From the NCBI RefSeq assembly GCF_024639685.1, contig NZ_JAHEHX010000002.1, positions 132,825 to 196,824 of the forward strand: a stretch of DNA of 64,000 nt, read 5' to 3'. Within the stretch, counting starts at the first letter, position 1; every line of letters starts with the position of its first letter. The notes beneath the pieces are model-generated. The model searched no databases, was not told the origin of the DNA, and saw nothing but the letters and a program-made list of their open reading frames with translations. The position numbers and the translations under genes were made by a program. The stretch comes from Polaribacter sp. (lineage in GTDB: Bacteria; Bacteroidota; Bacteroidia; Flavobacteriales; Flavobacteriaceae). Shown one piece after another: positions 52,598 through 62,337 of the stretch.

Positions 52598-53089
52598 ATG
52601 AAAAACCTTTTAATTCTTTTTTTAGTAATAAGTACAACTACGCTTGGACAAACAAAATTAGACAAACTTCTTTCTAAGTGGAACAAGAGAAATGTACCTT
52701 ACATATCAGTAGAAACACTGGCCTTACCTAAAACAAATGCAATTTTATTAGATGCTAGAGATCAAAGTGAATTTGATGTAAGTCATTTAAAAAATGCAGT
52801 TCGTGTAGGATATAATGATTTTAAATTAAAACAAACAATACTCAATTTACCAAAAGATAAAGATGTAAAAATTGTTGTGTATTGCTCATTGGGTATTCGC
52901 TCAGAAACTGTGGCACATAAATTAATGCAAGAAGGCTATACCAATATCTACAATTTATATGGAGGAATTTTTGAATGGAAAAATGCCAACTTTAAGGTGG
53001 TAGATACCTTAGGAAATCCCACAGAAAAAGTACATACATTCAACAAAAGTTGGAGCAAATGGCTTCATAGAGGAAAGAAAGTGTATTAA
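52598..53089 (+). CDS. Secreted rhodanese-like domain protein
   Basis: Signal peptide, LLDAR..EFDVSHL, YCSLGIRS, NLYGGIFEW. Confidence 0.88.
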   Translation: MKNLLILFLVISTTTLGQTKLDKLLSKWNKRNVPYISVETLALPKTNAILLDARDQSEFDVSHLKNAVRVGYNDFKLKQTILNLPKDKDVKIVVYCSLGIRSETVAHKLMQEGYTNIYNLYGGIFEWKNANFKVVDTLGNPTEKVHTFNKSWSKWLHRGKKVY

Positions 53090-53199
53090 TGTTTGATTAT
53101 AATAGTTTTAGACTCTCAGAAGAATGCTTTTTCATACTAAATGCTTACCGCTAATAGGGCTATAGTCTTATAAAAATTTAAAATGAATAATAATCATTT

Positions 53200-53814
53200 A
53201 TGCACAAAAACCTTCTACTTATTTTTACCAGAAACCCTGAATTAGGTAAAGTAAAAACGCGCTTGGCAAAAACAGTTGGCGATGAAACTGCTTTAGAAAT
53301 CTATAAATTTCTCCTAGAAAAGACTAGAGATGAGTCGCGTAATGTAAACGCTGACAAAGCTGTTTACTACTCTGTAAAAGTGAGAGACAATGATATTTGG
53401 AATGCTGAAACCTATCAAAAATTTACTCAAAAAGGCGAAGATTTAGGGTATAGAATGCAGTATGCCTTTGAGCAAGGATTTAAAACGGGTTATGAAAAAG
53501 TGCTAATCATTGGTAGCGATTTATATGATTTATCCTCAGAAAATATAGATTATGCTTTTCGTACATTAGACAATCATGATGTAGTTCTAGGGCCAGCAGA
53601 AGATGGTGGTTATTACTTATTAGGCATGAAGACCTTACATGCATCTGTTTTTCATAATAAAGAATGGGGTACATCCACAGTTCAAAAAGACACCTTAGCC
53701 AATTTAACCCATCAAAAGGTAAAATTATTAGAAACTAAAAATGATATAGATTTGTATGAGGATATTGAAGGCATCCCAGAAATTATGAATCGCTTTATCC
53801 ATACTAAAAAATAA
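53200..53814 (+). CDS. TIGR04282-type (DUF2064) arsenosugar-associated transferase
   Basis: IFTRNPELGKVKTRLA, LIIGSD, LGPAEDGGYYLLG, DID. Confidence 0.9.
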   Translation: MHKNLLLIFTRNPELGKVKTRLAKTVGDETALEIYKFLLEKTRDESRNVNADKAVYYSVKVRDNDIWNAETYQKFTQKGEDLGYRMQYAFEQGFKTGYEKVLIIGSDLYDLSSENIDYAFRTLDNHDVVLGPAEDGGYYLLGMKTLHASVFHNKEWGTSTVQKDTLANLTHQKVKLLETKNDIDLYEDIEGIPEIMNRFIHTKK

Positions 53815-53830
53815 AATACATTTGCGCATT

Positions 53831-54646
53831 ATGAAAGCAGCACAGTTACAAGAAACCATCACTTTTTTAAAAGAACAAGGCATCACTGCTCCAGAGGTAG
53901 GTATTGTATTAGGTACTGGTTTAGGAAAACTGGTAAACAAAATAGAAATCGTAAAAGAGATTGCGTATACAGATATTCCTAACTTTCCTATTGCTACAGT
54001 AGAATTTCATTCAGGTAGAATTATCTACGGAAAATTATCTGGTAAAATGGTTGTGGTGATGTCTGGGCGTTTTCATTTATATGAAGGATATACGCCTTGG
54101 GAGGTTACCTATGGTATACGAACCATGCATGGCTTAGGCATTCAGCATTTATTAATTTCTAATGCAGCAGGTGCTATTAACTTAGATTATACCAAAGGCG
54201 ATTTAATGTTGATTGAAGATCATATTAATCTACAAGGCAGTTCCCCTTTAGCTTTTAAAGGCGCTAATGAATTCGGAAACATCTTTGCAGATATGCTTGA
54301 ACCCTATTCAAAAAAGATGAATACAGCACTGAATTTAATTGCTACCGAAAATAACATTCAACTGCATACAGGAACGTATGCAAGTGTATTAGGGCCACAG
54401 TTAGAAACTAAAGCCGAATATAGAATGTTGCAAATTTTAGAGGTAGATGCAGTAGGCATGAGTACTGTACCAGAAGTAATTGTGGCCAAGCAATTGAATT
54501 TACCTTGTGCAGCTATTTCTGTATTAACAGATGAATGTGATCCTAAGAATTTACAACCTGTAGACATTGCTGAAATTATTGCTATTGCTGGCCAAGCAGA
54601 ACCTAAAATGATTATACTATTCAAAGAGGTGCTAGCTAAGTTGTAA
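53831..54646 (+). CDS. Purine nucleoside phosphorylase (trimeric class) with Asp at the base-specificity position
   Basis: [37 protein letters not shown]; ATG 53831. Confidence 0.92.
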   Translation: MKAAQLQETITFLKEQGITAPEVGIVLGTGLGKLVNKIEIVKEIAYTDIPNFPIATVEFHSGRIIYGKLSGKMVVVMSGRFHLYEGYTPWEVTYGIRTMHGLGIQHLLISNAAGAINLDYTKGDLMLIEDHINLQGSSPLAFKGANEFGNIFADMLEPYSKKMNTALNLIATENNIQLHTGTYASVLGPQLETKAEYRMLQILEVDAVGMSTVPEVIVAKQLNLPCAAISVLTDECDPKNLQPVDIAEIIAIAGQAEPKMIILFKEVLAKL

Positions 54647-54668
54647 TTGTACCTTTCTGATTTTATCT

Positions 54669-55628
54669 ATGAACCACAGCTTTACATCTTTTATTTTAGA
54701 AAAAACAGGCGCTACTTCTTTACAAGAAGTGGAGCTCATTCAAGAATTATGGAGTGGCTATGGGTACATTAAGCGCTTTGCCTTAGAAGGTAGCCCTTTG
54801 AAAACTGTGGTGGTTAAAAATGTACGATACCCAAAACAACAGCAACACCCAAGAGGTTGGAACTCCCAATTTGGTCATGAACGCAAGTTAAAATCTTATC
54901 AAGTGGAAACAGCTTGGTACACCCAATATGCACAACACAGCAAAGCACGTTTGCCCAAATGTTATGGTATTCGTCAACAAAATAACGAAGTGTGTATTGT
55001 TCTAGAAGATTTAGATGCTGCTGGTTACACATATCGAAAACAAGATGTTTCTTGGCAAGGAATTGACAACTGCTTGGCATGGCTTGCCAATTTTCATGCA
55101 TCTTATTTAGGGCAAACCCCTGAAAATTTATGGGCTATTGGTAGCTACTGGCATTTGGCTACAAGACCGCAAGAATTAGCAGTTTTAGCAGATGCTCCTT
55201 TAAAAAAAGCAGCACCCTTCATCGATCAGAAATTAAACGATTGCAAGTATACAACCTTTATTCATGGAGATGCAAAATTGGCCAACTTTTGTTTTTCTGC
55301 CAATGATGAAGTAGCCGGTGTTGATTTTCAATATGTTGGTGGTGGTTGTGGTATAAAAGATGTTGCCTATTTTATCGGTAGCTGCTTACCAGAGCAAGAA
55401 TGCGAACGTTTAGAAGCCGATATTCTTACCACCTATTTTACGCATTTGCATGCAGCCTTAGACACAGAACACAAAGCATTAGAAAAAGAATGGCGTACTT
55501 TATACCCTTATGCTTGGGCAGATTTTCATCGTTTTTTAAAAGGATGGAGTCCTGGGCATTGGAAACTAAATTCGTATAGCGAACGTATCACGCAACAGGT
55601 AATTATAGAACTTTCTAATGGACTTTAA
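54669..55628 (+). CDS. Small-molecule phosphotransferase (APH/choline/ecdysteroid kinase-like)
   Basis: [31 protein letters not shown]. Confidence 0.85.
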   Translation: MNHSFTSFILEKTGATSLQEVELIQELWSGYGYIKRFALEGSPLKTVVVKNVRYPKQQQHPRGWNSQFGHERKLKSYQVETAWYTQYAQHSKARLPKCYGIRQQNNEVCIVLEDLDAAGYTYRKQDVSWQGIDNCLAWLANFHASYLGQTPENLWAIGSYWHLATRPQELAVLADAPLKKAAPFIDQKLNDCKYTTFIHGDAKLANFCFSANDEVAGVDFQYVGGGCGIKDVAYFIGSCLPEQECERLEADILTTYFTHLHAALDTEHKALEKEWRTLYPYAWADFHRFLKGWSPGHWKLNSYSERITQQVIIELSNGL

Positions 55629-56436
55629 CGTATTGGCAAAAATTGCTTCAAAGGCTGTTCTAGAAGCAGGTAAGGTAATACAGAATGCCTTACATAAACC
55701 TATTGAAGTACAACATAAGGAAGGTGGCAACACCTTAGCATCACAAGTAGTTACTGCTATAGATGTAGCCTGTGAAAAAGTAATTCTAAAACACTTAGCA
55801 CCTACTTGTATAAAGTACGATCTTGGGTTGTTGACGGAAGAAACCGAAGACGACCAAAGCCGATTTACCAAAGACTATTTTTGGTGTATAGACCCTTTAG
55901 ATGGCACATTGCCCTTTATTAAGAAACATCCAGGCTTTTCGGTTTCCATAGCACTAGTCTCTAAAGAAGGTATTCCAGTAATTGGAGTAGTTTTAGACCC
56001 TACAAATAGTACCTTATATGTGGGCATAAAAGACCAAGGTGCGTTTAAAAATGGAAAAACTTGGGAGTTACCTCAACCCAAAAATACACTTACATTCGTT
56101 AGCGATAAAACCTTAGCAAACACCCCACAAAAAGAACAAATTTTAGGGCATATTGAAAAGCATTTAGAAGAATTGGGTTTAACACAATTTAAGGAAGTTT
56201 CAGGTGGTGGAGCTGTGTTGAATGCCCTTTTAGTAGCTGAACACAGACCAGCACTACTCATAAAACCTACCAAATTAGCACTTGGAGGTGGAAGCCTATG
56301 GGATTTTGCAGCAACTGTTTGTATTTTTAGTGAATTGGATTTAAAAGCCACATCATATAACGGTAATCCTTTAGATTTGAACTCTAAAACTAGCACATTT
56401 TTAAATACACAAGGGGTATATTTTTATTCTTTTTAA
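55618..56436 (+). CDS. Inositol monophosphatase/CysQ-family phosphatase
   Basis: [18 protein letters not shown]; overlaps kinase stop by 11 nt. Confidence 0.9.
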   Translation: MDFNVLAKIASKAVLEAGKVIQNALHKPIEVQHKEGGNTLASQVVTAIDVACEKVILKHLAPTCIKYDLGLLTEETEDDQSRFTKDYFWCIDPLDGTLPFIKKHPGFSVSIALVSKEGIPVIGVVLDPTNSTLYVGIKDQGAFKNGKTWELPQPKNTLTFVSDKTLANTPQKEQILGHIEKHLEELGLTQFKEVSGGGAVLNALLVAEHRPALLIKPTKLALGGGSLWDFAATVCIFSELDLKATSYNGNPLDLNSKTSTFLNTQGVYFYSF

Positions 56437-56494
56437 GAATTAATTAGACTTTTCTTAAAGACAATTATTGCTTTTTGTATATTTGTTAAATACA

Positions 56495-57382
56495 ATGAAC
56501 AAGTATTTAAACATTATAAAAAACTCGTATTCAGGATACTGGAACTACCTGAAAAACTCCGTTTTGCTGGAGTTAAATTGGGAGAATTACTTTTATGGGT
56601 TACTAATTATTTCTTTTGTAGTTTGGGGTCTAGAAGCTATGTTTCCTTGGCGTAAAAACCAATCTTTGTTTCGTAAAGATTTTTGGTTGGATACCTTTTA
56701 CATGTTCTTTAACTTTTTTCTATTAAATCTTATTGTTTTAATTGCTTTATCCAACACTGCAGCCGAAATCTTTAATGATTTGTTAGGGTTTATCGGTTTA
56801 ACTATAAGTAGTTTTCAGTTGCTAGATTTAAATATCCTACCTTTTTTACTACGTATCTTTATTTTCTTTATTGTAGTCGATTTTACTCAATGGTGGACGC
56901 ATCGTTTACTGCATAGAGTCGATTTTTTATGGAATTTTCATAAAGTACATCACTCCGTAAAAGAGATGGGCTTTGCAGCCCACTTGCGTTACCACTGGAT
57001 GGAACCTGTAATTTACAATTCGTTGCGCTATATTCCGCTTGCCATTATTGGCGGGTTTTCTCCACAAGATGTTGGTATTGTTCATTTCTTTAACATTACT
57101 ATTGGACATCTTAACCATGCAAATATTAATTGGGATTATGGATGGTTAAAATATATTTTAAACAATCCAAAAATGCACATTTGGCATCATGCTAAAGAGT
57201 TGCCTAAAGACCATAAGCATGGGGTGAATTTTGCACTAACCTTGAGTGTTTGGGACTACTTATTCAAAACCAATTATATTCCTTATTCAGGAAGAGATAT
57301 TGAACTTGGTTTTGAAGATGATTCGAGCTTTCCAAAAAATTTTGTGCAACAGGAATTCTATCCATTAAGTAAAAGTAAATAG
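56495..57382 (+). CDS. Fatty acid hydroxylase/sterol desaturase family membrane di-iron enzyme
   Basis: WTHRLLH, HKVHHS, HLNH, HIWHH His boxes; own TATATTTG box at 56478-56485. Confidence 0.9.
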   Translation: MNKYLNIIKNSYSGYWNYLKNSVLLELNWENYFYGLLIISFVVWGLEAMFPWRKNQSLFRKDFWLDTFYMFFNFFLLNLIVLIALSNTAAEIFNDLLGFIGLTISSFQLLDLNILPFLLRIFIFFIVVDFTQWWTHRLLHRVDFLWNFHKVHHSVKEMGFAAHLRYHWMEPVIYNSLRYIPLAIIGGFSPQDVGIVHFFNITIGHLNHANINWDYGWLKYILNNPKMHIWHHAKELPKDHKHGVNFALTLSVWDYLFKTNYIPYSGRDIELGFEDDSSFPKNFVQQEFYPLSKSK

Positions 57383-57737
57383 ATTTGTTAGCTATTAGTA
57401 TTTTGTCCTAAGTTTTTACCATTTTTAAGCTAAAGCGATCTTTCTATTTTTAAAACATGTAATCTAGATAACTCTTTTACAATTGCAAACACTAATTATA
57501 TACCCTACATTTTAAAGAAAAAAATACCTTACTTCTCTTTTTTATTATTTGTATAAGTATTTTTTTGGTCTTTTATTTGGTTGTTTGGAACAAAAATATA
57601 CAAATCAAAGATGACTGTATCATTAAAATTTTAGACAAAATGTGTACCTTTACCTAAGTAAAAAACAAGATTATTTTAATAATAATTTGCAATCTATAAA
57701 CTAACATAACGTCTATTTTCTTCTACAAAGACTCTAT

Positions 57738-57965
57738 ATGATATTTGATTTACTTTATTTTATTAATATTATTCTGTCTATTCTAATAGGTGTTTTTCTA
57801 TGGTTTAAGTTAAAACCAAACAACTTTTCTCTGCATACAAAATCTCTAGCGGCTTATTTAATCTTTAATGCTATTTGTTTAATACTTGAACTAGTGCTTT
57901 TAAACCTCCATGGATATCTCCAACAACAAATGTGCGCATTACATTTAATTAAGCTCCAAAATTAG
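57738..57965 (+). pseudogene. Truncated membrane-protein N-terminus (possibly a membrane-anchored AraC-type regulator) fused to antisense DNA
   Basis: Two hydrophobic helices to about 57880; the remainder is the reverse complement of another gene start. Confidence 0.5.
57871..57939 (-). pseudogene. 22-codon N-terminal remnant of a metallophosphoesterase (PPP/ApaH-like)
   Basis: MRTFVVGDIHGGLKALVQVLNK*; GDIHG motif I; intact TAATTTTG box at 57957-57964. Confidence 0.8.
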
Positions 57966-58014
57966 AATCTTTTTCTCTAAATAAAAAAAGCGTGTATTAA
58001 GTTTACATTAAACA

Positions 58015-59019
58015 TTACCTGTTAGCATATAAGCTTGTAATAAGTACTTCTGTAGGTTTATTTTGCGGTGTAAATCTATTGTTTTTTAAACCGCCAACAA
58101 ATTCATGGTTATGAAACCACTTCCATAAAAAACCTCCTGCAAACCAATCCTCTCCCCAAAACTGATTATAAATGGCTTGTAGCGCATTTGTTTGTGCGTT
58201 AAGGTTTACTTTATCTTGAGTGCGAGAAAATTCCCATGGCCTTTTAGCATTGTAATCAATACTTCTATACCCAAACTCGGTAAATAACACAGGCTTTTTA
58301 AACTTTTGCTGTATGGCTAGTATTGCCTATTTGTGAATGTCCCAACTTTCTTCTAACTCTAAAATAGTTGGAGTTTTTGATGCGCTTAATGGAAAATAAG
58401 CATCTATTCCAATAAAATCTAGTTCGCCCCACAAAGAAAAGCGCTTGTATTCGTCCCAATTAACAGCATATGTGAGTTTACCTGAATAAATAGATCTGAT
58501 TTCCTTTATTAAGGAGCTCCAATAATTGGGTCTATTGAGCACGAACTCTTTTAACTCTGTCCCAATGCAAAGTAAACCTGCTTTTAACTGTTCTGCGGCT
58601 TTTGCGTAAGTAAGTATATATTTTCTGTAAGAAGATTCCAATAACTTCCACCCTTCTTTTGTATTTGGTTTTAAATTACCTGTAAAAACCCCTCTACGTA
58701 ACCATATATGCGGTTTAATCATAATATGAATTCCTGATTTTTGAAACTCATTGGCATACTGTAGTAATCCATTTTCCGTTTCGCCAAACCACTCTCCTTT
58801 AGTGTTAAATTCAATTTTTGGAATAGCTTTATCTCTAATAATACCATAAGGCATTAACGCTATATAGTTGCTATTTGTTTTTAAAACAGGAGTAATATGT
58901 TGCTGATTAATTGGTTCTCTAGAAGCCACAAAGCTTAATCCATTTATTTTTTGAGACAAAATTTTAGAGGAAATACTTAAAAAGATACCTAGAATTAAAA
59001 TAGTACACTTTACATTCAT
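58015..59019 (-). pseudogene. Glycoside hydrolase family 113 (beta-mannanase-like) split by one in-frame TAG
   Basis: IKPHIW, CIGTEL, LTYAVNWD, IGIDAYFPL, then TAG 58327-58329 and in-frame AILAIQQKFKKPVLFTEFGYRS...FAGGFLWKW. Confidence 0.85.
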
Positions 59020-59208
59020 AAGAGTTAAAAATACAGTTTTTTTTATTACAAATTTTTCTAAAAATAAAAAAGGAGACTGGACTTTTATTAACTCGAGAGA
59101 AAACAATGCTATATTCGCTCTTTTTATTTATAATCATTTAAAATTGGATATTTCTTTTAAGTTCTTAACTTTAGCTTCGACAGAATGTAAAGAATCTATC
59201 AACTAATT

Positions 59209-60558
59209 ATGGAACATATTGTAATTATTGGAAATGGAATTTCTGGAGTTACAGCTGCAAGACATATCAGAAAAAATTCTGACAAACAGATTACTATTGT
59301 CTCTGCTGAAACCAAATACTTTTTTTCTAGAACAGCACTCATGTACGTGTACATGGGACATATGAAATTTGAACATACTCAACCTTACGAAAATTGGTTT
59401 TGGGATAAGAATAACATCAACTTAAAAGAAGGGTATGTAACGCAGGTAAACACTGATGATAAGTTACTAAGTTTTAAAGACAACTCTACTTTATCCTATG
59501 ATAAACTAATCATAGCTACAGGTTCTAAACCCAATAAATTTGGCTGGCCAGGAGAGGATTTAAAAGGAGTTTTAGGCATGTACCACAAACAAGATCTAGA
59601 AAACTTAGAAATCTATGCTCCTAATAAAGAAGTGTGTAAAAGAGCAGTAATTGTTGGTGGTGGTTTAATAGGAATTGAATTGGCAGAAATGCTAAGAAGT
59701 AGAGACATACCTGTTACCTTTTTGGTACGTGAAAGTAGTTTTTGGAATGAGGTTTTACCTGCCCAAGAATCTGAAATGATTAATAAACATATTTTAGAAC
59801 ATCACATAGACCTGCGATTAAGCACTCATTTAAAAGAGATAAAATCTGATGAAAACGGAAATGTAAAGTCTGTTGTTATCGAAGAAACTGGCGAAGAAAT
59901 ACCTTGTAATGTACTAGGTTTAACTGCAGGGGTTTCACCAAACATCAACTTTTTAAAAGATTCTGGAATAGAGACTAAAAAAGGTGTTTTGGTAAACCGA
60001 TTTCTAGAAACCAATATAAAAGATGTTTATGCGATTGGTGATTGTGCAGAGCAAAACGAAGCTATTGGTCTACGAAGAAATATTGAAGCTATTTGGTACA
60101 CAGGAAGAATGATGGGTGAAACATTAGCACAAACTATTTGTGGAAAACCTAGAGAGTACAACCCTGGACATTGGTTTAACTCCGCTAAATTTTTAGACAT
60201 TGAATACCAAACCTATGGTTGGGTATTTAGCGAGAGAAATAAAAAAAAGTATGAAACCTATTTTCAGTGGAAACATTCCAAACAAAATAGTTGCATTACC
60301 ATTTCTTACGATGCTAAAACTCAACAATTTTTAGGGATAAATACCTTCGGAATTCGAATGCGTCACGAGAAATTTAATCAATGGTTAACCGAAAAACAAT
60401 CTATACAATATGTTTTAAAGCATTTAAAAGATGCTAATTTTGATCCTGAATTTTATAGCTTATACGAAAAACAAATTATAGCCAAATTCAACATAGAAAA
60501 CAATACACAACTAAGAGTAAAACCAAAAAGTTGGAAGCGTATATTTTCTAAAATATAA
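59209..60558 (+). CDS. NAD(P)/FAD-dependent oxidoreductase (pyridine nucleotide-disulfide/rubredoxin reductase-like)
   Basis: IGNGISG, IIATGS, VGGGLIG, YAIGDCAE. Confidence 0.9.
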   Translation: MEHIVIIGNGISGVTAARHIRKNSDKQITIVSAETKYFFSRTALMYVYMGHMKFEHTQPYENWFWDKNNINLKEGYVTQVNTDDKLLSFKDNSTLSYDKLIIATGSKPNKFGWPGEDLKGVLGMYHKQDLENLEIYAPNKEVCKRAVIVGGGLIGIELAEMLRSRDIPVTFLVRESSFWNEVLPAQESEMINKHILEHHIDLRLSTHLKEIKSDENGNVKSVVIEETGEEIPCNVLGLTAGVSPNINFLKDSGIETKKGVLVNRFLETNIKDVYAIGDCAEQNEAIGLRRNIEAIWYTGRMMGETLAQTICGKPREYNPGHWFNSAKFLDIEYQTYGWVFSERNKKKYETYFQWKHSKQNSCITISYDAKTQQFLGINTFGIRMRHEKFNQWLTEKQSIQYVLKHLKDANFDPEFYSLYEKQIIAKFNIENNTQLRVKPKSWKRIFSKI

Positions 60559-60584
60559 ATCATACACCTTAAAAAACAGATTCT

Positions 60585-62207
60585 TTGAAAATTTTACAAC
60601 AATTAGGCTTAACCGTTTTTCTAATAGCTCTTTTGCTATTTACATCGAGTATTTTTACAGGTAATTTTTCCATGAAACAGAAAGACTTTGATGCTTTTTT
60701 GACTGAAAAAAACTATAAAAGCGAACATTTTACTGAAGCTTTACAAAAAGCTATTGTAACACCAGAACCCTTGTCTATATTTGAATTTTCTAAAAGAGTT
60801 AGACAAGCTGTTGCTGATAATAACGCTTATTACAATACTCTAATTAAAAAATACAATGCAGAGAAAAACTGGAAGAAAAAAGGAGCTCAATATCAATATA
60901 AAATTAACGGCAAACCACATAGCATTAGTTTTGAAATTGCTAAAAAAGCAGGTAATGGATTTGTAAAAGAAAATGCAGGACTTAGCTGGCTGCTTACCTT
61001 TGGGCTCGGTATTGTTGGAGCACTGCTTTTTATACTACCTAACATTATTTTATTAGGAAAGCCAGGTATTAAAAATAATCATATTTATCAGCAATCTGCA
61101 ACCAACAGAGGTTTTATGGCTTGGTTGGTTTTAGTATACCTCGTCGTTTTTTACTTAGTACTCTATTTTATGGCAGACTATTTAGTAAATTGGACCTTTA
61201 TGCTAGACCCAATAAGCAAGGCTCTAAATGGAGGACCTGCTTCACAATGGTTTGTTTATGGTTTTCTATATTGTACTATTATGCTAACCATGGGGGTTAG
61301 AATGTATATTAAATACAGACACAACAAATACCAAATTATTAGAACAACCTCGGTACTATTCTTTCAAATTGTTTTTGCTTTTCTTATTCCGGAAATTATG
61401 ACCAGCTTAAACATGCCAGGTTATGATTTTAAAAATGCGTTTCCTCTAGACTATGATTTCTTTTTTGAATGGAATTTAAAAAGCTTAACCGAAAGTGGTG
61501 GTATAGGTATTTTTATTCTAGTTTGGGGTATTGTATTAACTTTAATCATTGTGCCAGTTATGGTATACTTCTTTGGTAAAAGATGGTATTGTTCTTGGGT
61601 TTGTGGTTGTGGTGGATTAGCTGAAACTTTGGGCGACCCTTACAGACAACATTCTAACAAAAGCTTAAGTGCATGGAAGTTAGAACGCTGGTTAATACAC
61701 TCAGTATTGGTTTTTTCTTTAGTAATGACTTTAGTAACCTTGTATTGTTATTTTTCTGGAACTTCTTATTTTTTAGGTATAAAGTCGCAATGGATTAAAG
61801 ATACATACAGCTTTTTAATAGGTGCATGGTTTGCAGGTGTTATTGGTACAGGCTTCTACCCAATTTTTGGAAATAGAGTGTGGTGTAGATTTGGTTGTCC
61901 ATTGGCTGCTTATTTAGGTTTAGTGCAACGTTTTAAATCGAGATTTAGAATTACCACCAATGGCGGGCAGTGTATTTCTTGTGGAAACTGTTCTACATAC
62001 TGTGAACAAGGAATTGATGTAAGAGCCTATGCACAAAAAGGAGAAAACATTGTAAGATCTAGCTGTGTAGGTTGTGGAATTTGTTCTGCTGTGTGTCCTA
62101 GAGGAGTGCTGAAATTAGAAAATGGCCCTGAAGAAGGCAGAATTAATCCTACTGAAATTTTGTTAGGGAATGATGTTGACTTAATGCAATTGGTAAATAA
62201 AAAATAG
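60585..62207 (+). CDS. Membrane polyferredoxin (4Fe-4S binding, NapH/RdxA-like)
   Basis: Many TM helices, WYCSWVCGCG, WCRFGCP, CISCGNCSTYC, CVGCGICSAVCP; TTG start. Confidence 0.9.
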   Translation: MKILQQLGLTVFLIALLLFTSSIFTGNFSMKQKDFDAFLTEKNYKSEHFTEALQKAIVTPEPLSIFEFSKRVRQAVADNNAYYNTLIKKYNAEKNWKKKGAQYQYKINGKPHSISFEIAKKAGNGFVKENAGLSWLLTFGLGIVGALLFILPNIILLGKPGIKNNHIYQQSATNRGFMAWLVLVYLVVFYLVLYFMADYLVNWTFMLDPISKALNGGPASQWFVYGFLYCTIMLTMGVRMYIKYRHNKYQIIRTTSVLFFQIVFAFLIPEIMTSLNMPGYDFKNAFPLDYDFFFEWNLKSLTESGGIGIFILVWGIVLTLIIVPVMVYFFGKRWYCSWVCGCGGLAETLGDPYRQHSNKSLSAWKLERWLIHSVLVFSLVMTLVTLYCYFSGTSYFLGIKSQWIKDTYSFLIGAWFAGVIGTGFYPIFGNRVWCRFGCPLAAYLGLVQRFKSRFRITTNGGQCISCGNCSTYCEQGIDVRAYAQKGENIVRSSCVGCGICSAVCPRGVLKLENGPEEGRINPTEILLGNDVDLMQLVNKK

Positions 62208-62337
62208 AGTTCACTTAACAAAGACTTCATAATTTATTTAACATAAAAGTCTTATAAGTATAAAATATTGATACTTTTACTGCCAAAAAATAATTGCAAG
62301 CGAATATTTTAATAAAAATAACATCGATTTTAGTAAA

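Noticed and set aside
53090-53199. Possible relic of a second DUF547 gene (SEECFFILNAYR*) between rhodanese and the transferase
   Set aside because: Only a faint resemblance to the AFWxNAYN motif over a few codons; not supportable without alignment.
54669-56436. Higher G+C of the kinase/phosphatase pair as proof of horizontal transfer
   Set aside because: Sampled 60-nt rows were about 40% G+C, but rows in the neighbouring phosphorylase and arsM were similar; needs a proper computation.
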